Below are positions 8,639 to 20,300 of a stretch of 41,169 bases of DNA, in pieces. The notes below the pieces were generated by a model. It had not been told where the DNA came from. It made no database searches and saw only the letters and a list, made by a program, of their open reading frames with translations. The DNA lies in contig CAZFPS010000005.1 of the NCBI GenBank assembly GCA_964520705.1, forward strand, positions 1 to 41,169, written 5' to 3'. Source of the stretch: an uncultured Planctomycetia bacterium. Its GTDB lineage: Bacteria; Omnitrophota; Gorgyraeia; Velamenicoccales; JABMQK01. The position numbers and the translations under genes are program-made. Each line of letters opens with the position of its first letter. Positions within the stretch are counted from its first letter, which is position 1.

Positions 8639-8871
8639 AGAGAAAAGGTTATAAAATGAGATTAAACTTAAAAAATATACGCGGGACAAAAAAAGGAATA
8701 TCCATGCTTGAATATGTCACCGTGATAGTCATAATCGTATCGGCTCTATTGGCCATGAGGTTTTATTTAAAGCGCTCCATAAGCGGCAGTTTTCGTAGCT
8801 CAGGAGACGCGTTTGGCCAAGGCAGGCAGTATGAGCCAGGCGTAACAGTAGAGACTAAGAGTTGGAATTAA
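8632..8871 (+). CDS. type IV prepilin-like protein
   Basis: 'KKG|ISMLEYVTVIVIIVSALLAMRFYLKRSISG...GDAFGQGRQY'; alternative start at 8656. Confidence 0.85.
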   Translation: MVERKGYKMRLNLKNIRGTKKGISMLEYVTVIVIIVSALLAMRFYLKRSISGSFRSSGDAFGQGRQYEPGVTVETKSWN

Positions 8872-8872
8872 A

Positions 8873-9757
8873 ATGGAAGACACTATTTTAAAATTTACGA
8901 TTTTCGTTTTGATCATAGGCTCGGTAGGAGTTCTGGCCTCTCAAGTCAGGCAGCTGACTACATCTGGTTTTAAGGTGTTTACCAACTGGAGATTAAGAAA
9001 GATAGAGAGCCAGAGGGTCAATTTAAAAGAGATGATGCTGTTTATCGATCCTAAAAAATTAGTCTTATTTAATACAGTATGCCCCATAGCCTCGACTGTG
9101 ATACTGGCAATATTTATGGGCATAAACTTCGGCAGCTATGTCTTAGGTGGAGTAATCGGTTTGTTTGTAGGATTTCTTATCCCCAGCTTGATAGTAAGGA
9201 AGATGATTGTCAGCAGGAAGCAGAAGTTTAAAGAACAGATCAGCGACGGCCTGATGATACTCTCAAGTTGTTTAAAAGGCGGTTTGAGTTTGCTCCAGGC
9301 GATTGAGGCGCTTGCGGAAGAGTTGCCTCCTCCGATAAGTCAGGAGTTTGGTATGATTTTAAGAGAAAATAAGATGGGTGTGTCTTTAGAAGAGTCTTTC
9401 GAGAATTTAAATAAGCGGCTTCCTTCTGAAGAGTTGAATTTGCTTACCACAGCTATATTGGTGGCCAGAGAGACGGGCGGTGATATCACACAGTTATTCA
9501 CTACCTTGATTAACACGATCAGGGCCAAGATGAAACTTATGGATAACGTAAGGACTTTAAGTTTGCAGGGTAGGATTCAGGGCATCGTGATGTCGCTTCT
9601 GCCGATAGTGTTTGTGTTTATGGTCGTCTCTTTTCAGAAAGATTATTTTGATATCATGTTGGGTAATCCCACGGGCAGGATGCTTTTAACTGCGGCAGTG
9701 ATTTTAGAAGTTATAGGCGCAATTTTGATTAGGCAATTTAGCAGGTTGAATATATAG
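8873..9757 (+). CDS. tadB: Tad pilus inner-membrane platform protein TadB (T2SSF family)
   Basis: 'LKGGLSLLQAIE..PPPISQEF..G.SLEES', 'RETGGDIT', 'VRTLSLQGRIQGIVMSLLP'. Confidence 0.92.
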   Translation: MEDTILKFTIFVLIIGSVGVLASQVRQLTTSGFKVFTNWRLRKIESQRVNLKEMMLFIDPKKLVLFNTVCPIASTVILAIFMGINFGSYVLGGVIGLFVGFLIPSLIVRKMIVSRKQKFKEQISDGLMILSSCLKGGLSLLQAIEALAEELPPPISQEFGMILRENKMGVSLEESFENLNKRLPSEELNLLTTAILVARETGGDITQLFTTLINTIRAKMKLMDNVRTLSLQGRIQGIVMSLLPIVFVFMVVSFQKDYFDIMLGNPTGRMLLTAAVILEVIGAILIRQFSRLNI

Positions 9758-9766
9758 GGGAAGATT

Positions 9767-10654
9767 ATGGATATAATTGCACAATTAGTTCTGTTTTTTG
9801 CGATAGTGGTCTTCGTGGCCAATGTCTTAGTCATGATGCTGTCCTCTTATGAATTAAGGACAGCGATTCAGAGAAGATTAAAATTAGATTCTTTTGGCAA
9901 GGAGAAGAAGAGGAATTTGCTCACTACCATCTTAGATCTATTTGTCCCGGTAAATTACATGCTGGTCAATAAATTTTTTAAGAGACACAAGATGGAAGAA
10001 AGGCTGTTTGCCGGCAGGATATCTTTTATGCCGGAGCAATTCTTGGCTATAAAAGAGTTATTGGCATTTGCGTTTTTGGTCTTGACATTTTTATTTGTTC
10101 AGACAGGAGACATTCTGCCGCTTATAATACTGCCGGTGGTAGGATTTGTTGCGCCGGATATATGGTTGATCACGAAGATAAAACAGAGAAAAACAAAGAT
10201 TGTCAGGACTCTTGCAGACGTGGTGGATTTATTGTCTTTATGCGTAGACGCAGGGCTTGATTTTATAGCCGCTTCCAGATGGATCGTAGATAAGTCCATC
10301 CCTAATGCGTTTACCGAAGAGCTCAGCCTGGTATTGCACGAGATAAAAGTGGGCAAGTCCAGAAGAGACGCGCTGCAGGCTATGGCTAAGCGCCTTAATC
10401 TTCCCGATGTCACAGCTTTCTGCCGCACGCTCATTCAGGCTGATAGGATGGGTATTCCTATAGCCGAGGCCTTAAGCGTCTTATCAGATGACGTTCGCGA
10501 CAGATTCTTTAGGCGCACAGAGAGAATAGCTCTGCAGGCACCGATGAAGATGCTCATACCTTTGATACTTTTTATTCTTCCGGTTGTAGGCATAATCGTT
10601 GGCGGGCCGGTTTTATTGCAGTTTATGTCCGGAGGCTTTGTAGGATTAAAATAA
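9767..10654 (+). CDS. tadC: Tad pilus inner-membrane platform protein TadC (T2SSF family)
   Basis: 'DVVDLLSLCVDAGLDF', 'GKSRRDAL', 'LIQADRMGIPI', 'APMKMLIPLILFILP'. Confidence 0.92.
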   Translation: MDIIAQLVLFFAIVVFVANVLVMMLSSYELRTAIQRRLKLDSFGKEKKRNLLTTILDLFVPVNYMLVNKFFKRHKMEERLFAGRISFMPEQFLAIKELLAFAFLVLTFLFVQTGDILPLIILPVVGFVAPDIWLITKIKQRKTKIVRTLADVVDLLSLCVDAGLDFIAASRWIVDKSIPNAFTEELSLVLHEIKVGKSRRDALQAMAKRLNLPDVTAFCRTLIQADRMGIPIAEALSVLSDDVRDRFFRRTERIALQAPMKMLIPLILFILPVVGIIVGGPVLLQFMSGGFVGLK

Positions 10655-10762
10655 AATGATTACAATGATGAAAAAAAATGATTACAGTGATAATAAAATG
10701 ATTGCAGTGATGATTCACCGTAATCAAAAAGCAAGTCAACTACAATGGGATCACAGCAATCA
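10655..10762. repeat. gene-less cluster of GATTACA(A/G)TGAT repeats and their inverted copies (MITE-like)
   Basis: Direct units at 10658, 10680 and 10700; inverted units TTCACCGTAATC at 10714 and ATCACAGCAATC at 10750. The same units flank the GxxExxY gene. Confidence 0.75.
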
Positions 10763-10803
10763 ATATATAGGTAATAATAAGTATATATTATATAGATCAG
10801 AAA

Positions 10804-11334
10804 AATGATTAGTCAAGCACGCACAAAAACTAAGAATGATTACAATGATTGATAAAAAAGATTACAGTGATAGGGCAATGAGAAAGGATCCTCTTACAGA
10901 AAAGATAATTTCTTGCTGTTTCAGGGTTCATAAAGAATTAGGCCCTGGATTTAATGAGCGAATATATCAGAACGCTCTAGAGATTTTATTTGAACAAGAG
11001 TCATTAGGATTTAAGACTGAAAGAATGTTTAATGTATTTTTCCAGGGTCAAAAAGTAGGCAGGTTAAAGTTAGATTTATTAGTAGAGGATCAAGTTATAG
11101 TTGAACTTAAGGCAGTAACAGGAATTGTTCCTAAATTATTCGAGTCACAGTTAATATCATATTTAAAGGTTACAGGCTTAGAAGTAGGATTGTTAATCAA
11201 TTTTGGCAATCGTAAGTGCAGCATTAGGCGTTTAATGTTATCTAGCTTTGGACATTCTGAAAATAATCACCGTAATCAGAAATTAAATCAATGTAATCAA
11301 AAATATAATGATTAGTCAAGCACGCACAAAAACT
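10804..11334 (+). mobile_element. putative inserted GxxExxY cassette bounded by 28-bp direct repeats and 12-bp inverted repeats
   Basis: AATGATTAGTCAAGCACGCACAAAAACT is identical at 10804-10831 and 11307-11334. Inside, GATTACAATGAT (10838) and GATTACAGTGAT (10860) face ATCACCGTAATC (11266) and ATCAATGTAATC (11287). Confidence 0.65.
10836..11315 (+). CDS. GxxExxY protein (PD-(D/E)xK nuclease-like)
   Basis: 'VHKELGPGFNERIYQNAL', 'LDLLVEDQVIVELKAV', 'QLISYLK...GLLINFG'. The true start may be ATG 10878. Confidence 0.93.
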   Translation: MITMIDKKDYSDRAMRKDPLTEKIISCCFRVHKELGPGFNERIYQNALEILFEQESLGFKTERMFNVFFQGQKVGRLKLDLLVEDQVIVELKAVTGIVPKLFESQLISYLKVTGLEVGLLINFGNRKCSIRRLMLSSFGHSENNHRNQKLNQCNQKYND

Positions 11335-14300
11335 GGTGGATTCAAGACTTGGATGAGAGTAGTGGCTCTGACCGTGCTGGTAATCTTTACCCCACAGCAG
11401 ATCGCCTGGGCTATTGATTATGATTGGCGCACAATTTGGAGAGCATCCCAGATGCAGTCCTCTGCCGCAAGCTCACCGGCTATGACTATACCTTATGCTG
11501 CTTTAAAGTCAGCGGGCTTTGAGAAACAGCTGGCCTTTAATATAAAGGAGTCTTTGAATTCTCTACGCAGTTCAAACGCGCAGAGCGTGCTATTTTCCAA
11601 TGATGTAGTGGTTGAGCGTACCAACCGAGCAGCAATCACAGAAGACAGCATAGATAGCATATATAAGCAGTTGGTGGATTCAAACAATGATATCATTACC
11701 TGCGGCGCCTACTCCTTATTTAATATGATGCTGGCTTATGGCCTGACCTCTATCAGCGATAAGCAAAAAACCGAAAAAGAAAATTCGCCTTCAATCTTAG
11801 ATATCGCCAATACAATAATTCTTATCGACTTACTTAGCGATCCGGATCTGCTGCCTACCTTTAGAGAAAATCAATTAGAAGTCTCCTTCTACAGTTTAAT
11901 AAAAGCCGCGGAAGCTTACGGGATGAAGCTGGTGCCATTTCATTTGGAGACTTATAAAAAAGATTTAGAAAGTATTAATAAACTAGTTTCCTTCCCATTC
12001 ATCGCTACAATCGATGAGCCGCACACTGTATTAGTAAAACAGATCGATAAGAACGGTGTGTTAGTTATTGATAATGATGTAGAGAGATTAATCGCGCTGG
12101 AAGAATTTAAAGATCGTTTTATGGGTTATTGTTTGGCGATCGAGGTGGCAAAAGATCCCAGCATAAAAGTAATCAGCCCCTATGATGCCAGATCCATAAA
12201 GATAAACAGGAGATCGCGTCAATATAAGATTACTACTTTTAATGATTTATTCCCTGAGCCAAATTGGCAAGATCAGTTTCTCTCTCTGGCCGCTAATCTT
12301 TTGTCGGCTGGGCTGGGCGGAAAAGGTCATAGCAGGAATGTGGCTAATCAAATATTTGCCTCTAAGATATCGCAATTAGCTACGAATGTCGCCGTAAATA
12401 ATTGGGGCTGGAAGCCTAAAAATGCTCAAATTTTTGGATCTGCTGTAGGGGGCGGCATAGCCGGTTTTAATTCTCCAGGGTCTACTTTCTTAAAGGGTGC
12501 TGCGCAAGGAGCAGCGCAGGGATATGCTACTACGGTGGCTTATAAGTGGCTCAAGAATACAGCATTTTATAAGAACAATCCTGAAATCGGTATGCAAGCG
12601 GTCGGTATGATCGGCAGTACCATGAGTACTTTAGGGCTTTCTATTTTCACTAAACAAGGAATGCCTGGGGCCATAGAAGCTAATAAATTCGCTATGGCTA
12701 AAGGCTTTGCTGGAGGTGTCTTTGATTTAGGTATACAGTACAGCGCGTCTCAGGGGTGGCTTGGTAAGGCATTTGAAAAGAATCCTACTTTCTCTCGCGT
12801 TTTAGGCCAATCAGCAAGCGGTTGGTTTAGTAGAAATGACGGATTGAGTACCAGTAAGTTTTTAGGGAAACAGGCTTTGTCTGCAGGCGTATCTTTGGGT
12901 TTAGATGCCCTGGGAGGCGAATACGATAAGAAGACGAATAAGAACCGCTGGGGCATGACTCCCACGCAGATGGCTGCTGTGACATATGGCGGGACAGCTT
13001 TCTTAGAAGCCGGGCTGGCCAGAAGTTTTAATATATTTGATTTTAAGAAGGATGGAATGTGGGATTTGATGAAAAATAATTTCATCAATAACGTTGCTCT
13101 AAATATGAATCCTGGACAGTATGGCATGGTCAAAACCGGAAGAAAAATACTGAATAAAGACACAGGAGAGTTTGTTGATGAACAAGCCTTTGATCTTTAC
13201 GCAGGCTCTATGCATCTCTCCAGGCTGGGTGAATTTAGCGGCGTAGGATATTTTGAGGGCCAAGTTGATTTAGCTGTAGAAGATGGTGGTTACGCTTCTT
13301 GGAAGGAGTTAAAACAGGATCGTGGTTCAATAAATCTCCTGCCCTCGCTCAGTGCTTCTATGGTAAGACAGACAGCGTCGGTCTTGCACACCGCGGCAAC
13401 AAACACAGCAGTGAATATTATAGATAGAAAGCTTATAAAACCATTTATAGCCCATGCGAATTGGCAAAAGAAACAACATAGAGGCCCTATGGCTCTTGTA
13501 GGGGGGGCAGAGCAAGAATTTGCAGATGTCGGCCTAGTTCCAACAGAGATAGACATTTCGCAAAAAGATATTGAAGATATTTACAATGGTAAAATCAACT
13601 CTGTCACATTGCGCAGCAAAGATGCTCCGAATGAGATTCTGGGTGTTTATAAAATAGATCGAGAAACTGAAGAAATCACTATAATAAACTTTGCCAATGA
13701 TAATGCAAGCACTACATTTAAATTGAAAAAAGGCCAGACGCCGATTATGCTTCTTGCGGATGCAGTAGCGGGCAATCTACCTCACATAGAATTAACTGCT
13801 TTATCTGAAAATGCCTATCTGCAGAAAGCCGAGTACTCCAGAGGAATTGGGGGATGGATTTTAGATAAGCTAGGATTATGGGATCCCGCGTTTGAGCCTG
13901 ACACTATCATAGGGCAGAGGCTCAGAGAAGATAAGAAGCACTGGTTTGACCCTATTTTAATGACAGCAGTTCTAAAGCATAATGAGCATCAATTACAGCT
14001 TGATCTCTTGAGCGGTATGAAGGGCACGCAGAAGCTGACCGCCTGGGAAGTCTATAATCTCAAAGTAGAACAAAAAGGTTTACCTATTGGCCTGGTTTCA
14101 TTTGTTGCTGCTAAAGGTTATGAGTCTGGAATATTCGTAAGTATAGGTAAGAATAAGATACAGGTACCAGTTGCTTCACTTTCTGGCACGTGGGTAGATA
14201 AAGGCAAACCCCAGGCGCTATTTTTATTTAACGCAGATTTAAGGGCAAAATTTGAAGAAGAAGGAAATTCTCTTTTCCATAGCAACCTTCCGGGTCAGGC

Positions 14301-17300
14301 TCGTGAAACCTACGGAAGCATTAGTCGTGTTACGGGTAAAGATGATGCTGGTAGAGAGATAGAATTAGGTTGGCAGATAGATAAAGGTTCTTTAGTTGCC
14401 TTCAACCTATCAACTACATCTTCTAGCACTTTCAGGAATAAAGGTACAACCGATCCTTTAATTGAGAAAGAGTGGATAGAGGCATTGAAAAGTAGTCCAT
14501 CCGAGAGTACTCCGTTAGAAGACCAGTTTGGCTATGAAGAAACCGTAAACGATGTTAACAGAGTTTTCTTTTCTGGCTTTACTGTGCTGGGAGAATCTGG
14601 AGGCATAGATGCCGGAAGGCAGAGGACATTTATGTCTGCCGGCGTGGATGGTTTTCAGGGCGAAAGAACATCTGTTATCGAATGGCAGCAGTATGGTTCT
14701 TGGAATGTCTCTGGAAGCTGGGATAGATTGTCAGGATGGGATTATGTTATGGATTTCTCTTACAAAGACAAAGGCGCTGAACATACTGGTCCCCAGATCT
14801 GGGAAGGCCGTAAGACGACAACTCAGAAGAGAGAAGAGGGATTTATAAAAGGAACAGCTGCTTTCCGTCCGCTTTATCAACCCCTCCAGGCAAATATCGT
14901 GCCAGTTGCGTATAATCAACAGGTTGATAGGGGTTTGGGGTATCTCTGGGATACAACTGTTGATATCTATAATAAGCAGACATATGGGCTAAGCAATACA
15001 GATATATTTATGGCAGAAAATTATTTTGGTGGATTTCAGATCCAAAATGAAGATAGAAAAAAGATGCTGTCTTCAGGCCAAATGATAGGGTACCTCAAAG
15101 ATCAAGGGGCTACGGATTCTGTGGCTGAGGCTTTCGAGGATGTTATTTCTTTTGCTGGGGACGGAGAAAGCGGAGATCGCAGCAGACATACTTTTAATAT
15201 GATGTATCAGGATAATAGCGGCACGTATTCACAAAATCCACTATCAGTTGTTGAAGATAAGTCGGGTGACGGTAAATGGACAGGCACGCTTTATTTACTT
15301 AATCTTGATTTGAATAGAAATGGCGATAGCCTGAATGCTCAGATAATGAGAAGTTCTGTTGGTAAGGATGGCACTATAATTCAGCAAATAGATATTTTTG
15401 ATATGAAAGAAGGTGAGAGGCAGAATCAATTTAGCCTAAGTGCTGATTCGCAAAAGAGACAGGATATAGTAACAGAGGGAGATGGATTGCATGCTGTAAT
15501 TATCACCCCCGGTGAAGAGTCTATGCCTATAAATGCTGCTGAAATAGAGGCACTGACTGGAAGTTTTGAGCAGGCAGATGGCAAGGTTGTTGAGACAGGA
15601 CTTTTGATAAACGAAAACTTCAGCACGTCCTTGACTGGTTGGGCAATAAAAAGCGATAGGGAGAATGTGGGCGGCTGGGATAATACAAACAAAGTAGGTT
15701 TTGATTTTGGGGATGGTATCAAAGAAAAAGACATAATTGAGCAGGCTGAAACAATAACAGATGAAACGCCGGTGAACCATTTATTAGTTAACGTAGGAAA
15801 AGATGGCGGCACAAAAGCTTTAATAGAAGCTTGGGGAATAGACATAGATGATAAAAAGAATTTGCAGAATGAAGGCGTACCCAGAAGAGGCAGGTTCGTA
15901 TTAAAAGAAAGTGGAGACCACCAAGTTGCCATAGTAGACAATTTGCCTACAATTACTCAGCATAGCGATTACAGATTTGATAATACGGGAGCTCCGGATC
16001 CGTTGACTGGTTGGTGGGCGTTTGATACCTCTGAAGAGGATGGTTCTACTGCGAATCTGCAATTTGGAGAGAGCATGTTCCCTGACAACATAAATGAGAG
16101 GATCGGAGTAGAGTATGCCATTATAAAATCGATTAATAGCGAGGGCAATTATGCGGATGCTATAACTAGCATTATGCATTTTGATAGAGCTAATCCTCTT
16201 ACTTGGCAGACGCCAAAGACGACCTTAGAAGACGGGACTATTTTAACTTTGCCATCTGGTTGGAGAGTTCAAGGCGCAGATACTGTTGGTGAAGTACAAC
16301 AGTTAATCGACGATGGAAAAATTAAATTAACTACGGCTAAAGACGCACCTAATTTAGGCGGTGTAATTAATAGGTTGCACGCATTTGAGAAAATCAATGG
16401 ACAGTGGCAGCCCTACATGGAAGGTCATGGTGAAATCAGCTTAGGAGTTGTTACCGATGCAGACAATGTTGAGAGATCTCCTTTCGGGGATAGAAAGTAT
16501 GCTTTAGAGCTACAAGCTGATATTAAGGGAGAGGTTCTTCATCCTGGATTATATGTAAGCGTTGACCCTACAAAAAGAGCTGAGGCAATGGAAGCCGCTT
16601 CCGTAGCAATGAGCAGAACAGATCCGCAAACCGGAGAAACTCAGATATACAATAGCGCTGACGATGTTGATCCTAGCGCTCCGACAAGCTTTAGCTTGGA
16701 AGGTTCTTCTTGGGATGGAAGCAATACCCAAATTCAAGTATTAGGCCTATCCGAATCCGGAAACCATAGAGTATCTGGAGATATATCTTATTTATTGTCA
16801 GGCTACAACTTCACTCCATATGAAAATATTGGGACAGGATCAAAGATAGAGATTGCTAAAGGCATGCCAATTACAACAGTATCGCCTGGCATGCAAACCA
16901 TCAATCCAGCTACAGGCACACATTCGATCAGCCAGTATGTTGTGACTAATTTTGAAACAGCGGAAGATACTCAAATAGAATTTGGTGACCTTGCCCTGAA
17001 AAAAGACGGAACCATAGATAGAGTAAATACTACTACAGGAGGAATTTCTGTAGGAGCTAACACCACCGGAGTCTTGTTTGATGATGTCTCTTTAACTACT
17101 CCTTCCGTATTTGGAGATGCACGCGTTATTAATACCATGTATGATAAAGAAGGAGGATTCTTAGGTAGAGATGTAGCTGAGATAAACTTCGGTGATAAAG
17201 ATAACTCAGTAGCTTTAACTACACTAGATCCTAAATATGATGTCAAATTTTATAGATATAGAGACCAAGAGAATCAAGCTGAAATTCAGGGAGATTATTC

Positions 17301-20300
17301 AGGAATAGTAGTTGAGAATTTACAAGAAGGCCAAACATCTGCTTTTGCCGGCAGCGCTACAACAGTTGGCGCTAAGAGGCTAGATAGCTTAAAAGGCGGG
17401 ATAGAGGAAGTGGCAGTTCAATGGACAGGGGCTATTATAGGAGAAAGGAATCCGCAAGTCCTTACTCCTTCAATCTTTGGTACCGACTCATCTGGAACTT
17501 CATCTAGACAGGAGGCTTTTTCAGACGGCGTAGTTATATTGGGTAAATTATTTGATGAAAAATATACTGTGGATGAACAGGATGCAACATTTGAAGGCAA
17601 TCCTTTAACCTTCCACGTTACAGCTGGCGACTGGGATGAAGTCTCCTCGGGTGACCTTTCTATGCTTGCTCCGACCGGAGAGTCTTGGAGTGTAGAACAG
17701 AAAAGCTTATTTAATAATTATGTAATAAATACTGGCTTGGCGGATTTATCCGGATATAAACAGCCAGCACAAGATATATTTGATGCCGAATTCCAAGAAG
17801 CGGATCGAGTCTCAGTAACTCCTCTCATCAGAACTAGACAAGACGGTTCAGGGGCCAGTGTGCTAGAGGGAAATATTCCAAAACAATCTTATATTGTGCG
17901 TTCCAAAGAAGGCTCTCCGAGATTAGGCATGGAGAGTACAGTATTTCTTACTGATAAGACATTATTTAGATTCCGTAGCATAGATAATACTATTGATCGT
18001 ACCATAGGATTAGATCTCCTTCAGCCGGCAATAGATGAAAATATAGCTCCGGTATTTCAAGGCCTTGCGAATTTAAGCTTTGGTGCTAAGAGTAAATATT
18101 TAAAGGCATTTAATCATTTGAGATTATTCAGCAAGAATATGTATTCCAGCAAGGTAGCTAAGGTATGTGCTATGGCATTGTCTGAACAGCTAAGGTCTAC
18201 TCCCGAGTTCAGCGATGCCTTAGGAAGAGCCTTGGCCGATCTTCCTTTAGCTACTCTGGAGATAGACGGCGCGGAGGTCGCCAAACAGAGCATCATAGAT
18301 GCCTTTGAGAAATTTATGAGCAATCCTAGCAGCAGAAATCCTGATGCTTTTGCAGAGTCGGTATTCATAGCGCTAAATAGCAATATTCCAGAAGTAGTGC
18401 AGATTAATTACGAAGAGATTGAAAATAATGGAGAGGTCAATAATGTAGCTTATCAGATGCTTGAAGGCTCGTTAGGAAAGCTTAATCATGTTCCTTTATC
18501 TAATTCAAGGTATTTAGATGATAAACATTGGGATGATGAGCAACAGGCGTTTATTGTACCTGTAGAGTGGCTTGCAAAAGATAAAGATTCAGGTTTAGGA
18601 TACAGATTGATACCAGAAAACGAAGCATTTCCTTCATTTTCATTTAATCCTTTATCCGGCGGAAAAGGTGGCGAGGCAGGAACTGGCATTACACTATCTG
18701 AGAAATTTAATCAGGACGTCCCATATTTCAGTATTTATACTTCTAGCGAAAGAATAAATCCGTTAGCTACTTTTGAAGTATTCCAGAAGACCGGAACTTG
18801 GCAGTTTAATACTTCAGGAGGTTTCCTTTCTGTGGCCGGTCAGCCTATAAGAGATATTGCTGCAAAAGAAGGCGTAAAAGAGATTACATTTGATAATAAA
18901 GGTAGGGCGAAGTTTGATGTTGGCTTGATACAAACATTGGTATTTAATGAGCCTAGTGCAGTCGTTTCTACAGATACCCAAGAAGGATTAGGGCTGGTTT
19001 ACAAAAAAGGAAGTCAGTGGGAATCAAAGCAAATTTCTGAAGACGCTATTGGGTTTGTGCCTTTAGTTGGAGGCAAACCGCTTGGAGCTAATGATTCCAT
19101 ATCCTCACATATAGGAGTTTCCTCTCTCTATAATAATTCAGATTTAGCAGGGACATTCCGCGAGAGCGTAACAGGACCAGGTCCAGTTATTATGCCAGAA
19201 AAAGTTTCTTATTGGGCAGGCCAGGGATTTGTTTTAAGTTTTGATATGGCCGATGGGGAAAATGCCCGCAATTTTGCATTCCTTAGCAATTCTCCGCAAC
19301 CAAGCAATGTTGAACAAAAAGGAAAAATAGCTGATTTTCATCCGGTGGTTGGGAATGAGAATTTAAGTAGATCTAATCTGGATAGGCTTCCTTACTCTGT
19401 TGTAGTCACGGATGCTAAAGTAACAGATAAAACAGTCAAGCTATCTGGGACATTACCTGATTCGCCAGCCGCGCATAAGAGGATTGAAGGAGATGTTTTA
19501 AGAGACGCATTTATTGTGACTCCTTTTGATAACACAGCTCTTCCAGCAGGATTCATTGCTGATACAGCCCTTTCAATGAATGCCGGATACACACTTCCAA
19601 GTTCTATAACGAACGCTCAGCTACAGGAAGTTAGTCAGGAAAGAGTTTTAGGTTCTAATAACGGCGAAGGTTCTATAGATATAGGTAGAGGCACAAGCAT
19701 ATATCAAGGGAATCTATATTTTAAGGATGGCGGGTATAGCATTGGGCAGGGAGCACAGGGAGTTATAAAACAAGAAAGTAAAGTTAAAGGACAGAGCACA
19801 ACAAGCATTCTATTTGATGTGGACTTTAGTTTGTTGGGTAATGGAACCCAGCCGATTAATGTAGATTTTGCTTATCATCAAAGTGCTTCTTCCAGAATAA
19901 AGCCAAATGATTTATGGAAGTTCACAGAGACGCAGCAGGATATAAATAATATAGGTAGAATCTATACATATTTGATAAATTTTGATGAATCTAGTCCTGG
20001 TGTCTTTGGAGTGGCCAAATGGAATGAGATAACCGAGAAGAGAATCGTGAAGAGGAAGAATGACATGGGGATTTATTATCTCGAGGAGTTTGGTACTGGA
20101 ACTTACGCTCCGTTAAGAGAGCTGTTTATTGATTTAGACAATGACTTTAACTTCTACGGAGAAGTTGTCAGCATAGAACAGGCAGGTAGCAAGTGGGAAT
20201 CAAAGGATCAACGAGATAAGATAGAGTTTAATAATTTGCGTCCTAATGTTACTCCAGAGGCATTTTATCAAAACAGTGAAGATCCAAATCTGATAGGGTT

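Noticed and set aside
10655-10872. GATTACA repeats as a possible CRISPR array
   Set aside because: The units are only about 12 bp, irregularly spaced and partly inverted, and there are no cas genes in the window.
12160-12230. Double-glycine leader downstream of the C39 domain
   Set aside because: 'ISPYDARSIKINRR' loosely resembles the leader helix but lacks the GG/GA cleavage site.
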